Origin: Candidatus Micrarchaeota archaeon | GTDB lineage: Archaea; Micrarchaeota; Micrarchaeia; Micrarchaeales; Micrarchaeaceae | Reading direction: 5' to 3' | DNA: 32,000 nucleotides | Assembly: GCA_021797495.1 (NCBI GenBank) | Contig: JAJZZO010000001.1 | Location: 15,533 to 47,532 of the forward strand | Shown here: piece after piece, positions 8,328-16,875 of the stretch | How the letters are laid out: each line of letters starts with the position of its first letter | How positions within the stretch are numbered: position 1 is the stretch's first letter | The notes under the pieces: generated by a model | The model's input: only the letters and a program-made list of their open reading frames with translations | What the model was told of the DNA's origin: nothing | Databases searched by the model: none | Made by a program: the position numbers and the translations under genes

Positions 8328-8692
8328 TGACCGTTATAAAAGGGATTTACGAGGTGGGAAAGCAGCTTCTTAAAAAACCGTCCACTTTGGAATATCCTGA
8401 GAAAAAGGAAAACCTTGCGGACAACTACAGGGGCATACACAAGCTCGATATGGAAACGTGTATAAGCTGCGCTGCGTGTGCAAGGATATGCCCCAACCAG
8501 ACGATAGACATGGTAGATACCGAAACTGCCAAGGGGACGAAAAAGATGCCGCAGATAAACCTCGAACGCTGCCTTTTCTGCGCGTTGTGCGAAGAGGTCT
8601 GCCCACCTCAATGCCTAATACTCACGAAAGACTACGAATACGAAGCATATGACAGGAGGGACTACGTGCGCCGCCCTGAGGATCTGCAATGA
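8327..8692 (+). CDS. nuoI: NADH-quinone oxidoreductase subunit I (2x[4Fe-4S] ferredoxin-type)
   Basis: Two CxxCxxCxxxCP motifs (CISCAACARICP, CLFCALCEEVCP). The ATG at 8327 overlaps the nuoH stop (TGATG). The track start 8132 would overlap nuoH by about 200 nt and is rejected. Confidence 0.92.
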   Translation: MTVIKGIYEVGKQLLKKPSTLEYPEKKENLADNYRGIHKLDMETCISCAACARICPNQTIDMVDTETAKGTKKMPQINLERCLFCALCEEVCPPQCLILTKDYEYEAYDRRDYVRRPEDLQ

Positions 8693-8701
8693 GGCCTTGA
8701 G

Positions 8702-9184
8702 TTGTACGATATAACGATATACATACTTGCGATAACCGCAATATTCGAATTCGCAGCGATAGCGTTCGTATTCATATCCAAAAGCCTGCTGCATTCCGTC
8801 ATAAGCCTTACCCTCGCGTTTATTGTAAACTCCGCGCTATTTTTGGTAATGGGGCAACCCTTTCTTGCCATAATACAGTTATTCATATTTGTCGGAGGCA
8901 TTTCAACATATGCGCTGGTCGGGGTGGCATCCTCAAGCTTTTCCAAGTTTCCGCATACCAACAAGGCGGCGTTCGTAGCGGTTTTTGTCATATTCCTGGC
9001 TGTGATATCCTATCCGTTACTCACTGCGAATATTTCAAGCATTGGAACGAGCGCCTTTACCCCATTGCAGGTAAAAATCGGCATAACGAATTATATGGGA
9101 CTTTTCTATCTCATAACCGCGATGCTTTTTGGGGTGGCAATCTCAGCCATAATACTGTTCAAGTCGTTAGGGCGGTTGAAATGA
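8702..9184 (+). CDS. nuoJ: NADH-quinone oxidoreductase subunit J
   Basis: 160-aa, 5-TM protein in the nuoI-nuoK slot. Contains QPFLAIIQLFIFVGGISTYALVG, typical of NuoJ/ND6. TTG start. Confidence 0.85.
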   Translation: MYDITIYILAITAIFEFAAIAFVFISKSLLHSVISLTLAFIVNSALFLVMGQPFLAIIQLFIFVGGISTYALVGVASSSFSKFPHTNKAAFVAVFVIFLAVISYPLLTANISSIGTSAFTPLQVKIGITNYMGLFYLITAMLFGVAISAIILFKSLGRLK

Positions 9185-9480
9185 TAGAGCAGCTTTTCAT
9201 AATAATAAGTTTTGCCGTATTCGCCCTTGGGGTAGCTGGCATAGTGTCGAGCCGCAATATAGTTATAATGCTGCTGTCTACGGAAGTCATACTCTTATCG
9301 GCGACGCTTCTTGCTGTTGTATTCTTCAATTTTAATGCAGGAGGAGAGATACTGCCATTGCTGTTCACAATATGGGCCATAGCAGCAGCCGAGGCGATAA
9401 TGGTGATAGTGTTCTACAGGTATCTGGTTTCAAGCAAGTCGAGCCTTGACATAAAGGTGCTTTCCAAACTGAGGGAATGA
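9181..9480 (+). CDS. nuoK: NADH-quinone oxidoreductase subunit K
   Basis: 99 aa, 3 TM. Contains LLSTEVILLSATL and IAAAEAIMVIVFYRY (NuoK/ND4L pattern). Its ATGA overlaps the nuoJ stop. Confidence 0.88.
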   Translation: MIEQLFIIISFAVFALGVAGIVSSRNIVIMLLSTEVILLSATLLAVVFFNFNAGGEILPLLFTIWAIAAAEAIMVIVFYRYLVSSKSSLDIKVLSKLRE

Positions 9481-9481
9481 A

Positions 9482-11248
9482 ATGCTGACATTGCTCATAA
9501 TATTGCCGCTTCTTGCAGCCTCTTTCCTAGTACTGCTCACGTACGGAAGGGAGAAGTACACCGGTCCGTTAGTCCTTGCGGGAAGCCTCATCACATCGCT
9601 GATGATACTTTACGCTTCTATGAGCTCCTTCGGCAAAATACAGGAGCTTAACTGGTTCGGCATATCTGGATACACCATACACATAACCACGCAGCTGCTC
9701 CCGTTAAACGTAATACTGTCGCTTCTTATAGGGCTCATAACGCCTCTCATAATGTTCTACTCCATGGGTTACATGGAATACAAGACCGAAAGGCCGAGGT
9801 TCTTCTTCGAAATGGGGATATTTGCTTCGTCAATGCTGCTGTTCGCGATTGCCGGAAACTTCATAACAATGTTCATAGCGTGGGAAATGCTCGGTATAAC
9901 AAGCTATCTATTGATAGGCTTCTGGTACAAAAGGGAAAACGCACCGTATGCCGCCAGGAAGTCAATATCCACTATAATAATAGGGGATTTTGCTATGCTT
10001 GCGGCAATGCTCATCATATGGTCATCATACCATACCTTCAGCTTCGCCTCTATACTTGCCTCTCCGTCGTCGTTGTATCTCTCCATAGCCATGTTCATGG
10101 TACTGATCGCATGCTTCACGAAATCTGCGCAGTTCCCATTCCACGAATGGCTTTCGGACGCAATGGAAGGCCCAACTCCAGTTTCTGCATTCCTACACTC
10201 ATCCACGATGGTGAAGGCTGGTGTATTTCTTGTTCTCGTGCTGTTCCCGCTTTTCATGAAAGCCGGTTTGTCCGAACTGATACTGGCAATAGGTATAATA
10301 TCCGCGGTTTTGGGCGCATCCAATGCTATATCCTCGCACCATGTCAAGAAGATACTTGCATACTCTACCATAGAAGACCTTGGCCTGATGTTCGTTGCCA
10401 TAGGGCTGCATGCCATAGTCGCTGCTGTTTTGTTCTTCATAGTTCAGGCATTCTACAAGGCTCTGCTCTTCATGTCAGCCGGATCGATAATGCGCGCCAA
10501 CAACGAGGAAGAGGACATATACAAGCTTTATGGCTCGGCAAAAAGGAAACTCCTCTACATACCCACGGTTATAGGGGTTTTGTCCATAGCCGGGATATTC
10601 CCCTTAAGCGGCTTCTTCGGAAAGGCGGCGATAGATACAGCTGCGGCATCAAATGCGTATGCCTACATTATCCTTGTCATAATAGATTTTGCAACTAGCG
10701 CTTACATATTCCGTTGGTTATTCATACATTCCAGAAAGCCCTCAAAATCTGCAGCGGTTGACTATTCAAAAATACCGAAGAGCATGGTTTATGCCGGAGT
10801 TATAGCATCAATATTGGTTGTATTGGCAGCGTTCGCTTTTTTTGACATGGGCAGCGTCCAATCATATTCGGATTATTCATTGTCTATTTCGATAAGCGTT
10901 ATCGATTCCATAATAGAGACTGCGGCTGTCGCTTTCGGGCTTGTGGTATCATATCTGCTGTTTATGAAGGCTAAACCCACTGGCGAGATAAGGACAAAGG
11001 CTTACTATATACTGTTCAACAGCGTAGCGATCAATGCCGCATATCTGTACATATCAAAAGCGGTGATGTATTTCGCTGAGGGAATCAGCGTAATAGACGA
11101 ACTGATTTATGGGTTCTTCGCTTCAGGTGGCGAGGGGCTCCTTGCCATATCTGACAAGTTGAGGAAAATAGTCACAGGGGATTCTAACAATTACCTTATA
11201 GCGTTTGTAGCAGGTATAATACTGATAATATTGCTGCTGTTGGTGTAA
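9482..11248 (+). CDS. nuoL: NADH-quinone oxidoreductase subunit L (antiporter-like)
   Basis: FIAWEMLGITSYLLIGFWY, KSAQFPFHEWLSDAMEGPTPVSAFLHSSTMVKAGVFL and a long C-terminal extension fit the NuoL/ND5 family. Starts 1 nt after the nuoK stop. Confidence 0.92.
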   Translation: MLTLLIILPLLAASFLVLLTYGREKYTGPLVLAGSLITSLMILYASMSSFGKIQELNWFGISGYTIHITTQLLPLNVILSLLIGLITPLIMFYSMGYMEYKTERPRFFFEMGIFASSMLLFAIAGNFITMFIAWEMLGITSYLLIGFWYKRENAPYAARKSISTIIIGDFAMLAAMLIIWSSYHTFSFASILASPSSLYLSIAMFMVLIACFTKSAQFPFHEWLSDAMEGPTPVSAFLHSSTMVKAGVFLVLVLFPLFMKAGLSELILAIGIISAVLGASNAISSHHVKKILAYSTIEDLGLMFVAIGLHAIVAAVLFFIVQAFYKALLFMSAGSIMRANNEEEDIYKLYGSAKRKLLYIPTVIGVLSIAGIFPLSGFFGKAAIDTAAASNAYAYIILVIIDFATSAYIFRWLFIHSRKPSKSAAVDYSKIPKSMVYAGVIASILVVLAAFAFFDMGSVQSYSDYSLSISISVIDSIIETAAVAFGLVVSYLLFMKAKPTGEIRTKAYYILFNSVAINAAYLYISKAVMYFAEGISVIDELIYGFFASGGEGLLAISDKLRKIVTGDSNNYLIAFVAGIILIILLLLV

Positions 11249-11250
11249 CC

Positions 11251-12669
11251 ATGTTCCCTGTATTCTTTATCATGCTCGCCATTCTCGGCATCGCAGGCAT
11301 AGCGTCTGCGTTGTCCAACAGTTATAAACAAGCCAAGGACATAGCCATAGTCTTAAGCGGCATCGTTCTTCTTCTTGCACTGTATTCCGTTTTTCTGGCG
11401 CTATCGGTGAAAGGCTTCATCGGAAGCACGGAATCCATGGCGTACATAAGCCAATTCGGAATATACCTATCGTTTTCCGCCACGCAGTTCGGCATAATAC
11501 TGGCGCTTCTCGCATCCATAGTTTCTTTCTTAGCATCGATTGCAGTATCAAGCAAGTTTGAAAACAGCAAGAATCTTTATCCTCTTATAATGCTGTTCGA
11601 ATTTTCCGCGATAGGCCTATTCGTATCAGCAAACCTTTTCATATTCTACGTGTTCTGGGACATAGGCGTTGCAGCATCATATTTCCTGATAAGCTCTTTT
11701 GGAAAGGGCGAAAACAAGCATGCAGCCAACACCTTCCTGATATACTCCATATTCGCTAGTGCCGTGCTGCTGTTCGGAATAATGCTGATATATTTCTACA
11801 CTCCGGTGCACTCCTTTGATATAAGCTACATCACATCTCACAGTTATCTCATACCAACTGCGCTACAAGGAACAATATTCATACTTTTATTCATAGCTTT
11901 CATGGTAAAGATGCCGATATTCCCGTTCCATTCCTGGATGGCAAACGCATATTCAGAGGCCCCAACGCAGGGATCGATGCTGATATCTGGAGTGTTGTCA
12001 AAATTCGGTGCATACGGGATGCTTCTGCTGTTTTCCATGCTGACCTTCTCTTACGGGTTTGCCAAATACGCCTTTGTCCTGGGTTCGGTATCAGCCTTCT
12101 ATGCGGCTTTCGTTGTCATGCGCCACAAGGATCTAAAACGCATAATAGCATATTCAAGCATGCTTGAGTCCGGGATAATTCTTGTCGGGATATCATCGCT
12201 CAACGCCTTTGGCACAGCCGGTGCGGTTTACCTGATGCTCGCCCACGGGCTCGTCATGGCGCTAATGTTCGCTGTAATAGGCGGTATAGAAATATCATAC
12301 GGCAACCGGAATATAACCGTATTAAAGGGCATAGTAAAAGATTCGGTGGGTTCCGCATACTCCTTCCTCATAGGCACATTTGCCTCTACGGGCATACCTT
12401 TGACTGCGGGGTTCATAGCTGATGTCCTTGTGTTCATAGGTGCGATAAACGCCTACGGCCTTTATGGTGCCATACCCATCTTCAGCATAATGCTGTTGGG
12501 CTTCTACCTGTATTATGCCATAAACAAGTCATTCCTTTCGACAAGGGAATCTTCGGAGAGCATAGCGAGGCTTCCGAGGCAGATGGCAGTAACATACGCC
12601 TTGGCGATTCTTGCAATATTCGCATTTGGCATATTCCCGTATGTAATAATTTCGCTGTTCGGTCTATGA
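11251..12669 (+). CDS. nuoM: NADH-quinone oxidoreductase subunit M (antiporter-like)
   Basis: FYVFWDIGVAASYFLI, KMPIFPFHSWMANAYSEAPTQGSMLISGVLSKFGAYG and RIIAYSSMLESG match the NuoM/ND4 pattern. Position between L and N. Confidence 0.9.
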   Translation: MFPVFFIMLAILGIAGIASALSNSYKQAKDIAIVLSGIVLLLALYSVFLALSVKGFIGSTESMAYISQFGIYLSFSATQFGIILALLASIVSFLASIAVSSKFENSKNLYPLIMLFEFSAIGLFVSANLFIFYVFWDIGVAASYFLISSFGKGENKHAANTFLIYSIFASAVLLFGIMLIYFYTPVHSFDISYITSHSYLIPTALQGTIFILLFIAFMVKMPIFPFHSWMANAYSEAPTQGSMLISGVLSKFGAYGMLLLFSMLTFSYGFAKYAFVLGSVSAFYAAFVVMRHKDLKRIIAYSSMLESGIILVGISSLNAFGTAGAVYLMLAHGLVMALMFAVIGGIEISYGNRNITVLKGIVKDSVGSAYSFLIGTFASTGIPLTAGFIADVLVFIGAINAYGLYGAIPIFSIMLLGFYLYYAINKSFLSTRESSESIARLPRQMAVTYALAILAIFAFGIFPYVIISLFGL

Positions 12670-14073
12670 GTGATGTATATGCTTGCAATCTTTAACCTGG
12701 CTGTTCCGGTTCTTCTTGTGGCGCTGATAGTTTCTGGCCTTGCCGCTACAATGCATAAGTCAAAGAAGCTTTCATTCGCAACAAATAATGCAATATTCCT
12801 TCTGCTTCTGGCGTTAGGCATATATTATTCCGTATACGGTTCCTCGTTCAACGTACTGTCGCTTTACCACATATATCCGTTTTCGTCGTTCACGCTCGTA
12901 CTATTCCCTCTCGCGCTGCTGCTTGTCAATATCGCGGCTTATTACGTCGAAGATTCATACATAAAGTTCGGCATAATGCTGCCGATAATTTCTGTGGGTG
13001 TGCTCTCCGTAGGGCTTGCTTCTTCGCTCCTTACCATACTGGTAGCCATAGAACTGATGACCATACCCACGATAATACTCATAGCCCTTAACGGAAAGCA
13101 ATACGCCGAACCTGCCGCAAAGCTCTTCCTCATGGCTGCAATATCCGTTGCGGTTTTTGCCTTTTCCATAGCTCTGGCATTCCCATATGATTCCTCGTTA
13201 TCGCTCGTCCGTGCGGCCTCGGGCTCAACAGGCACATTGTATTTTCTTATACTCTCAATGGTGCTCCTTGTGGCTTCGCTCGGAACAGAGGCAGCGCTCT
13301 TTCCGTTTGATTTATGGATCCCAGACGTATACCAGGGCTCCCCCAACAGCATAAGCCCTATGCTCGCAGGAATAAACAAGAAGGTCGCCTTTATTGCCAT
13401 TATAGAAATAACCTTCATAGTTTTCATCGGGCAAAAAGCCAGCTTAACTTTGATATTCGGTGCGCTCGCGATACTCACGATGTTTTTTGGCAACCTTGGT
13501 GCAATGGTGCAGACAAACGTAAAGCGCATGCTTGCGTATTCGTCGATATCCCAAGCAGGGTACATAATGGTGGGTCTGGCAGCAGTAAGCGCGTTCGGTC
13601 TCCAAGCTGCGCTTTTCCAGATATTCGCGCATTCGTTCATGATAATAGGCGCGTTTATAATCGCAGGGTTTCTTGCCATGGAGGGCTTCATGAGCATAAG
13701 CGATTATTCCGGGCTGTATAAAAGGAGCCGCTTCCTGGCGTTTTCCCTAACGGTAATAATGCTTTCAATGGCAGGTATACCTGGGCTCATAGGTTTCGTG
13801 GGAAAATTCCTCCTCTTCTCAAGCGCAATAAGCTCGGGCCTTATCGCCCTCGCATTCATAGGGATAATAAACAGTTTCATATCGATATATTACTATGCGC
13901 GCCTGATAAGCAACATATATTCGAGCAGGGACCACAAGAGCATGCATGTGCCGCGCGAGATATACTTTACCGTGCTTTTGGTCGTGGCCATTGTCGTGTT
14001 CTTCGGTCTGTATCCTGCGCCATTAATGGCTCTTGCATCTGCCGCATCTTCCTCGATATTTTCCATCATTTAG
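12670..14073 (+). CDS. nuoN: NADH-quinone oxidoreductase subunit N (antiporter-like)
   Basis: LFPFDLWIPDVYQGSPNSISPMLAGINKKVAF and RMLAYSSISQAGYIM match the NuoN/ND2 pattern. Starts directly after the nuoM stop (GTG 12670, or ATG 12673). Confidence 0.9.
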   Translation: MMYMLAIFNLAVPVLLVALIVSGLAATMHKSKKLSFATNNAIFLLLLALGIYYSVYGSSFNVLSLYHIYPFSSFTLVLFPLALLLVNIAAYYVEDSYIKFGIMLPIISVGVLSVGLASSLLTILVAIELMTIPTIILIALNGKQYAEPAAKLFLMAAISVAVFAFSIALAFPYDSSLSLVRAASGSTGTLYFLILSMVLLVASLGTEAALFPFDLWIPDVYQGSPNSISPMLAGINKKVAFIAIIEITFIVFIGQKASLTLIFGALAILTMFFGNLGAMVQTNVKRMLAYSSISQAGYIMVGLAAVSAFGLQAALFQIFAHSFMIIGAFIIAGFLAMEGFMSISDYSGLYKRSRFLAFSLTVIMLSMAGIPGLIGFVGKFLLFSSAISSGLIALAFIGIINSFISIYYYARLISNIYSSRDHKSMHVPREIYFTVLLVVAIVVFFGLYPAPLMALASAASSSIFSII

Positions 14074-15172
14074 ACATGCCGCGAAGGAAGAAGCGCTTGA
14101 GCATAAGCGACGGGCTGTCCATATCACCATAACGTGAAAAGAAACCCTCTGCGCCGAGCGCCTTCGCGATGCCTATGAATCTTTGCATGTGCTTTTCTTC
14201 CATCATGGAATAATATCTGTGCAGTGCTGCGTGCATTTTCAGGTCTGTGCCATAAGAGCGTCTCCAATCCTTCTCGTAAAGCCCAAGTTTTCTTCCTTTG
14301 CTAATGTTCAGGTAAATATCTCTGGCAGCAACCTTTGCACAAGCTATTCCAAATATTATCCCCCCTCCTGTCGTGGCTTTGGTCTGCCCTGCAGCATCTC
14401 CTACCAGCAATACATTGCCCTTAACCGTCTTCTTCCTGCTCGAAACCGGTATTATGCTCGCATGCCCATCTATGAGCTCTGCGTTTCCAAGCCTTTTTTC
14501 CATTTCCTCAATTTTTACGAAACTCTGGAATGCAGACATACTGTGCCTTTTTACTGTGTCCGTTATCCCTATCCCTATCTCGGCTATTGATTCTGTGTAC
14601 GGCGCCACCCAACCGAAGAACCCCTGTGCATATGCTTTGGAAAAATACAAGTCGACGATTCCCCTGTTTTCCGTTTTTACATTCTTGTATTCCGCTTTGT
14701 ATGTGAGCACGAAATTGCTTATACTGGGGAAGGCGAACGCCCTGGCGACGCTCGAAACCGCGCCGTCGGCTCCAACTATCACGGTATTGCCGTCATCAAA
14801 ATCCTTTATATCATCTATCCCGAGCCTCTTCCCGAGCTCAATTTTTACTCCTGAATCCGTGGCGGCTTCATAGTTCTCTCTTGCAAGGCTTCCTCTGTCG
14901 AGTATATAAGCCTGTATCCTATCAGTCCTTATTCTCATAGATTGGTTCCCGAAATGAAGTACTGCCCCATACAGCGTGTTCACTATCGAATCCTTGTACT
15001 GTATGCCGCTGAGTTCAAGGCCCCTTTTCGACAATATTCCTGATGCCTTTTTCGAGCCCTCTTCCACGCTGCGTTTCCCGTCATAAACTGTCACGTCTAT
15101 GCCGTATTTCGCAATCTCTTTGGCTACGGCGAGTCCTATTATACCTGCACCGATTACTACCGCCCTTTTCAA
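14066..15172 (-). CDS. Geranylgeranyl reductase family FAD-dependent oxidoreductase (archaeal lipid saturation)
   Basis: N-terminal Rossmann motif VVIGAGIIGLAVAKEIAKYGIDVTVYD, plus VLLVGDAAGQTKATTGGGI, characteristic of GGR/ChlP-family enzymes. Its 3' end overlaps the nuoN stop by 8 nt (convergent). Confidence 0.85.
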   Translation of the reverse strand: MKRAVVIGAGIIGLAVAKEIAKYGIDVTVYDGKRSVEEGSKKASGILSKRGLELSGIQYKDSIVNTLYGAVLHFGNQSMRIRTDRIQAYILDRGSLARENYEAATDSGVKIELGKRLGIDDIKDFDDGNTVIVGADGAVSSVARAFAFPSISNFVLTYKAEYKNVKTENRGIVDLYFSKAYAQGFFGWVAPYTESIAEIGIGITDTVKRHSMSAFQSFVKIEEMEKRLGNAELIDGHASIIPVSSRKKTVKGNVLLVGDAAGQTKATTGGGIIFGIACAKVAARDIYLNISKGRKLGLYEKDWRRSYGTDLKMHAALHRYYSMMEEKHMQRFIGIAKALGAEGFFSRYGDMDSPSLMLKRFFLRGMSK

Positions 15173-15293
15173 TCCAAAACGCCTCCGCAGTATTTATAAC
15201 TTTCTATTTAAATTTATTATAGTTAACTACGGTGGTTTAACGGCAAACAAAAAAGACGCAAAAAAAAGCATCAAAAGCACTAAAAAGAGCGAA

Positions 15294-15620
15294 GTGAAGC
15301 CTACCGGTTCACACGAAGGGAACCTGGAATCCCCGAAGATATCGATTTATAACATAGTTGTTAGTGCAGATCTGCATGCTACCGTGGATTTATACACCCT
15401 TTCGAAAGAGGTCAAGGCCGTAGACTATGAGCCTGAGCAGTTTCCCGGGGCGATATTCAAGATTTCCGAATCCAGAACCGTAATACTCTTCAAGAACGGA
15501 AAGATGATATGCACTGGCGCCAGGACGGAACCGGAAGTAAAAAGCATATTGGAGTATGTTGCGAAAGTAATGGCCAAATACGTAATATCGCTGAATCCTC
15601 CTGAGAAAGAAAAAAGCTGA
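15294..15620 (+). CDS. Single-repeat TATA-box-binding-protein (TBP) fold protein
   Basis: ISIYNIVVSADLHATVDLYTLSKEVKAVDYEPEQFPGAIFKISESRTVILFKNGKMICTGARTEPEVKSILEYVAKVMAKY matches exactly one TBP repeat (I-x-N-I-V, YEPEQFPG, GK-x-x-x-TGA). The start is uncertain. The track start 15099 overlaps the GGR gene. The first canonical in-frame start after the GGR start codon is GTG 15294. The in-frame Lys-rich stretch 15183-15293 has no ATG/GTG/TTG. Confidence 0.7.
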   Translation: MKPTGSHEGNLESPKISIYNIVVSADLHATVDLYTLSKEVKAVDYEPEQFPGAIFKISESRTVILFKNGKMICTGARTEPEVKSILEYVAKVMAKYVISLNPPEKEKS

Positions 15621-15630
15621 GCGCATAAGC

Positions 15631-16770
15631 TCAGGCTTCGGCTACGGCTTTTAAGTATTTGTCGAATTCCCTGAAGAAATGTTCCCAAGAGTAGTTTTTC
15701 ATAACGCGTTCCCTTCCTAATTTTCCCATGTTTTTCGTCAATTTTTCATTATTTGCTACTCTGAGCATGGCATTGCTCATCGAATGTGCATCTTTTACCA
15801 AGAATCCGGTCTTTCCGTCGATTATGGTTTCCCTTGGCCCGCCTTGGTCCAACGCTATTACTGGCTTCGAACTCGCCATGGCCTCCAAAGGCACCAGGCC
15901 GTAATCCTCGTCCAACGGCGGGTACAGCACGGCTGTCGCTTTGGAATAGGCATTACGAAACTCTTTTTCGCTGACATTTGTCATTATGCTTATATCCCTA
16001 TTGCGTTTCGCCATCTCCTTTATGCGGTTATAATAATCGCTGTAAAATTTATCCTTTGATACCGCCCCTATTATCAGAAGCTTGTAGCCTTTCTTGTGCT
16101 TGCTGAATTCCTCGAATGCTCGTATTGCCATCTCCTGGTTTTTGTTCGGCGATATTCTGGAAGGGTATACAAAATACGAATGATCGCCAAGATTCCTGTA
16201 AAGCTCGTAGTCTATGCCACCTCCAAGTACTTTTGCGTCATTTCTCCCCAAGTATTTTTCTATCCTTGCCTTGGTGTTCGCGCTGTTTGCCACTATGCCC
16301 TCTATGTTCTTCACGACCTTCCTATCGAGATATTTCACGGCTTTTATGCCAAGGAAGTGCACAGGCTTTTGGTAAAACTTCTTCATCGACATGCGGAACC
16401 TGTACATGTCGTACGCGTCTCTAAGCGGTGTATGGCAATACCATAACACGCGCTTGTTGTTGTTTCGTATCCAGTGGCTCGGGGCTATGTGCGCATTTAT
16501 TACGTCATAATCGCTGTCGACGTGCATATTGTAAAATCCCAAGCCGTACTTGAGCCCCTGGAAAACCCTGCCGTAAGCCGGAAAGCCTGTCCTATTGCCC
16601 CCTATTACTTCTACATCGAGTTTTCCGAACTCCGGAAACGTGTTTTCCGGATCATACTCTGCTGTTATTATTTTTGCACGGTAGTGTTGCGCTATCTTGA
16701 GCACCACTTTCTCCGCTCCGCCTTTCAACGTAAGGTTTGCCTGCGCCATCAGCACTTTCAAGGAAATCAC
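15631..16770 (-). CDS. Glycosyltransferase family 4 (GT-B, Glycos_transf_1)
   Basis: C-terminal EDYGLVPLEAMASSKPVIALDQGGPRETIIDGKTGFLV (E-x7-E motif region), and an N-terminal GGAEKVV typical of GT4. Confidence 0.88.
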   Translation of the reverse strand: MISLKVLMAQANLTLKGGAEKVVLKIAQHYRAKIITAEYDPENTFPEFGKLDVEVIGGNRTGFPAYGRVFQGLKYGLGFYNMHVDSDYDVINAHIAPSHWIRNNNKRVLWYCHTPLRDAYDMYRFRMSMKKFYQKPVHFLGIKAVKYLDRKVVKNIEGIVANSANTKARIEKYLGRNDAKVLGGGIDYELYRNLGDHSYFVYPSRISPNKNQEMAIRAFEEFSKHKKGYKLLIIGAVSKDKFYSDYYNRIKEMAKRNRDISIMTNVSEKEFRNAYSKATAVLYPPLDEDYGLVPLEAMASSKPVIALDQGGPRETIIDGKTGFLVKDAHSMSNAMLRVANNEKLTKNMGKLGRERVMKNYSWEHFFREFDKYLKAVAEA

Positions 16771-16875
16771 TATAATAAAAACTATTACAAATTTAATAAC
16801 ATGTGCACAACGTGCAGCATAAGGTTAAATTAATAAACATAAAACAACTAATTACAATACTTGAGAGCTGTTTTT

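Noticed and set aside
9880-13721. Large alternative-frame ORFs within nuoL/M/N (9880..10698 at 272 aa, 9904..10440, 12942..13697 at 251 aa, 13314..13721)
   Set aside because: They overlap strongly recognisable NuoL/M/N frames. Their products are Arg/Cys/His-rich with no motifs, which is typical of shadow ORFs in membrane-protein genes.
14066-14073. 8-nt convergent overlap of the nuoN and geranylgeranyl reductase 3' ends
   Set aside because: Short convergent overlaps are common in compact genomes, and nothing further is supported by the sequence.
15099-15293. Track start 15099 and the Lys-rich N-terminal extension (ANKKDAKKSIKSTKKSE) for the TBP-like ORF
   Set aside because: 15099-15172 overlaps the reductase coding region. 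Between 15173 and 15293 there is no ATG, GTG or TTG in frame. The stretch contains TATA-like promoter sequence, and its Lys content is explained by A-richness.
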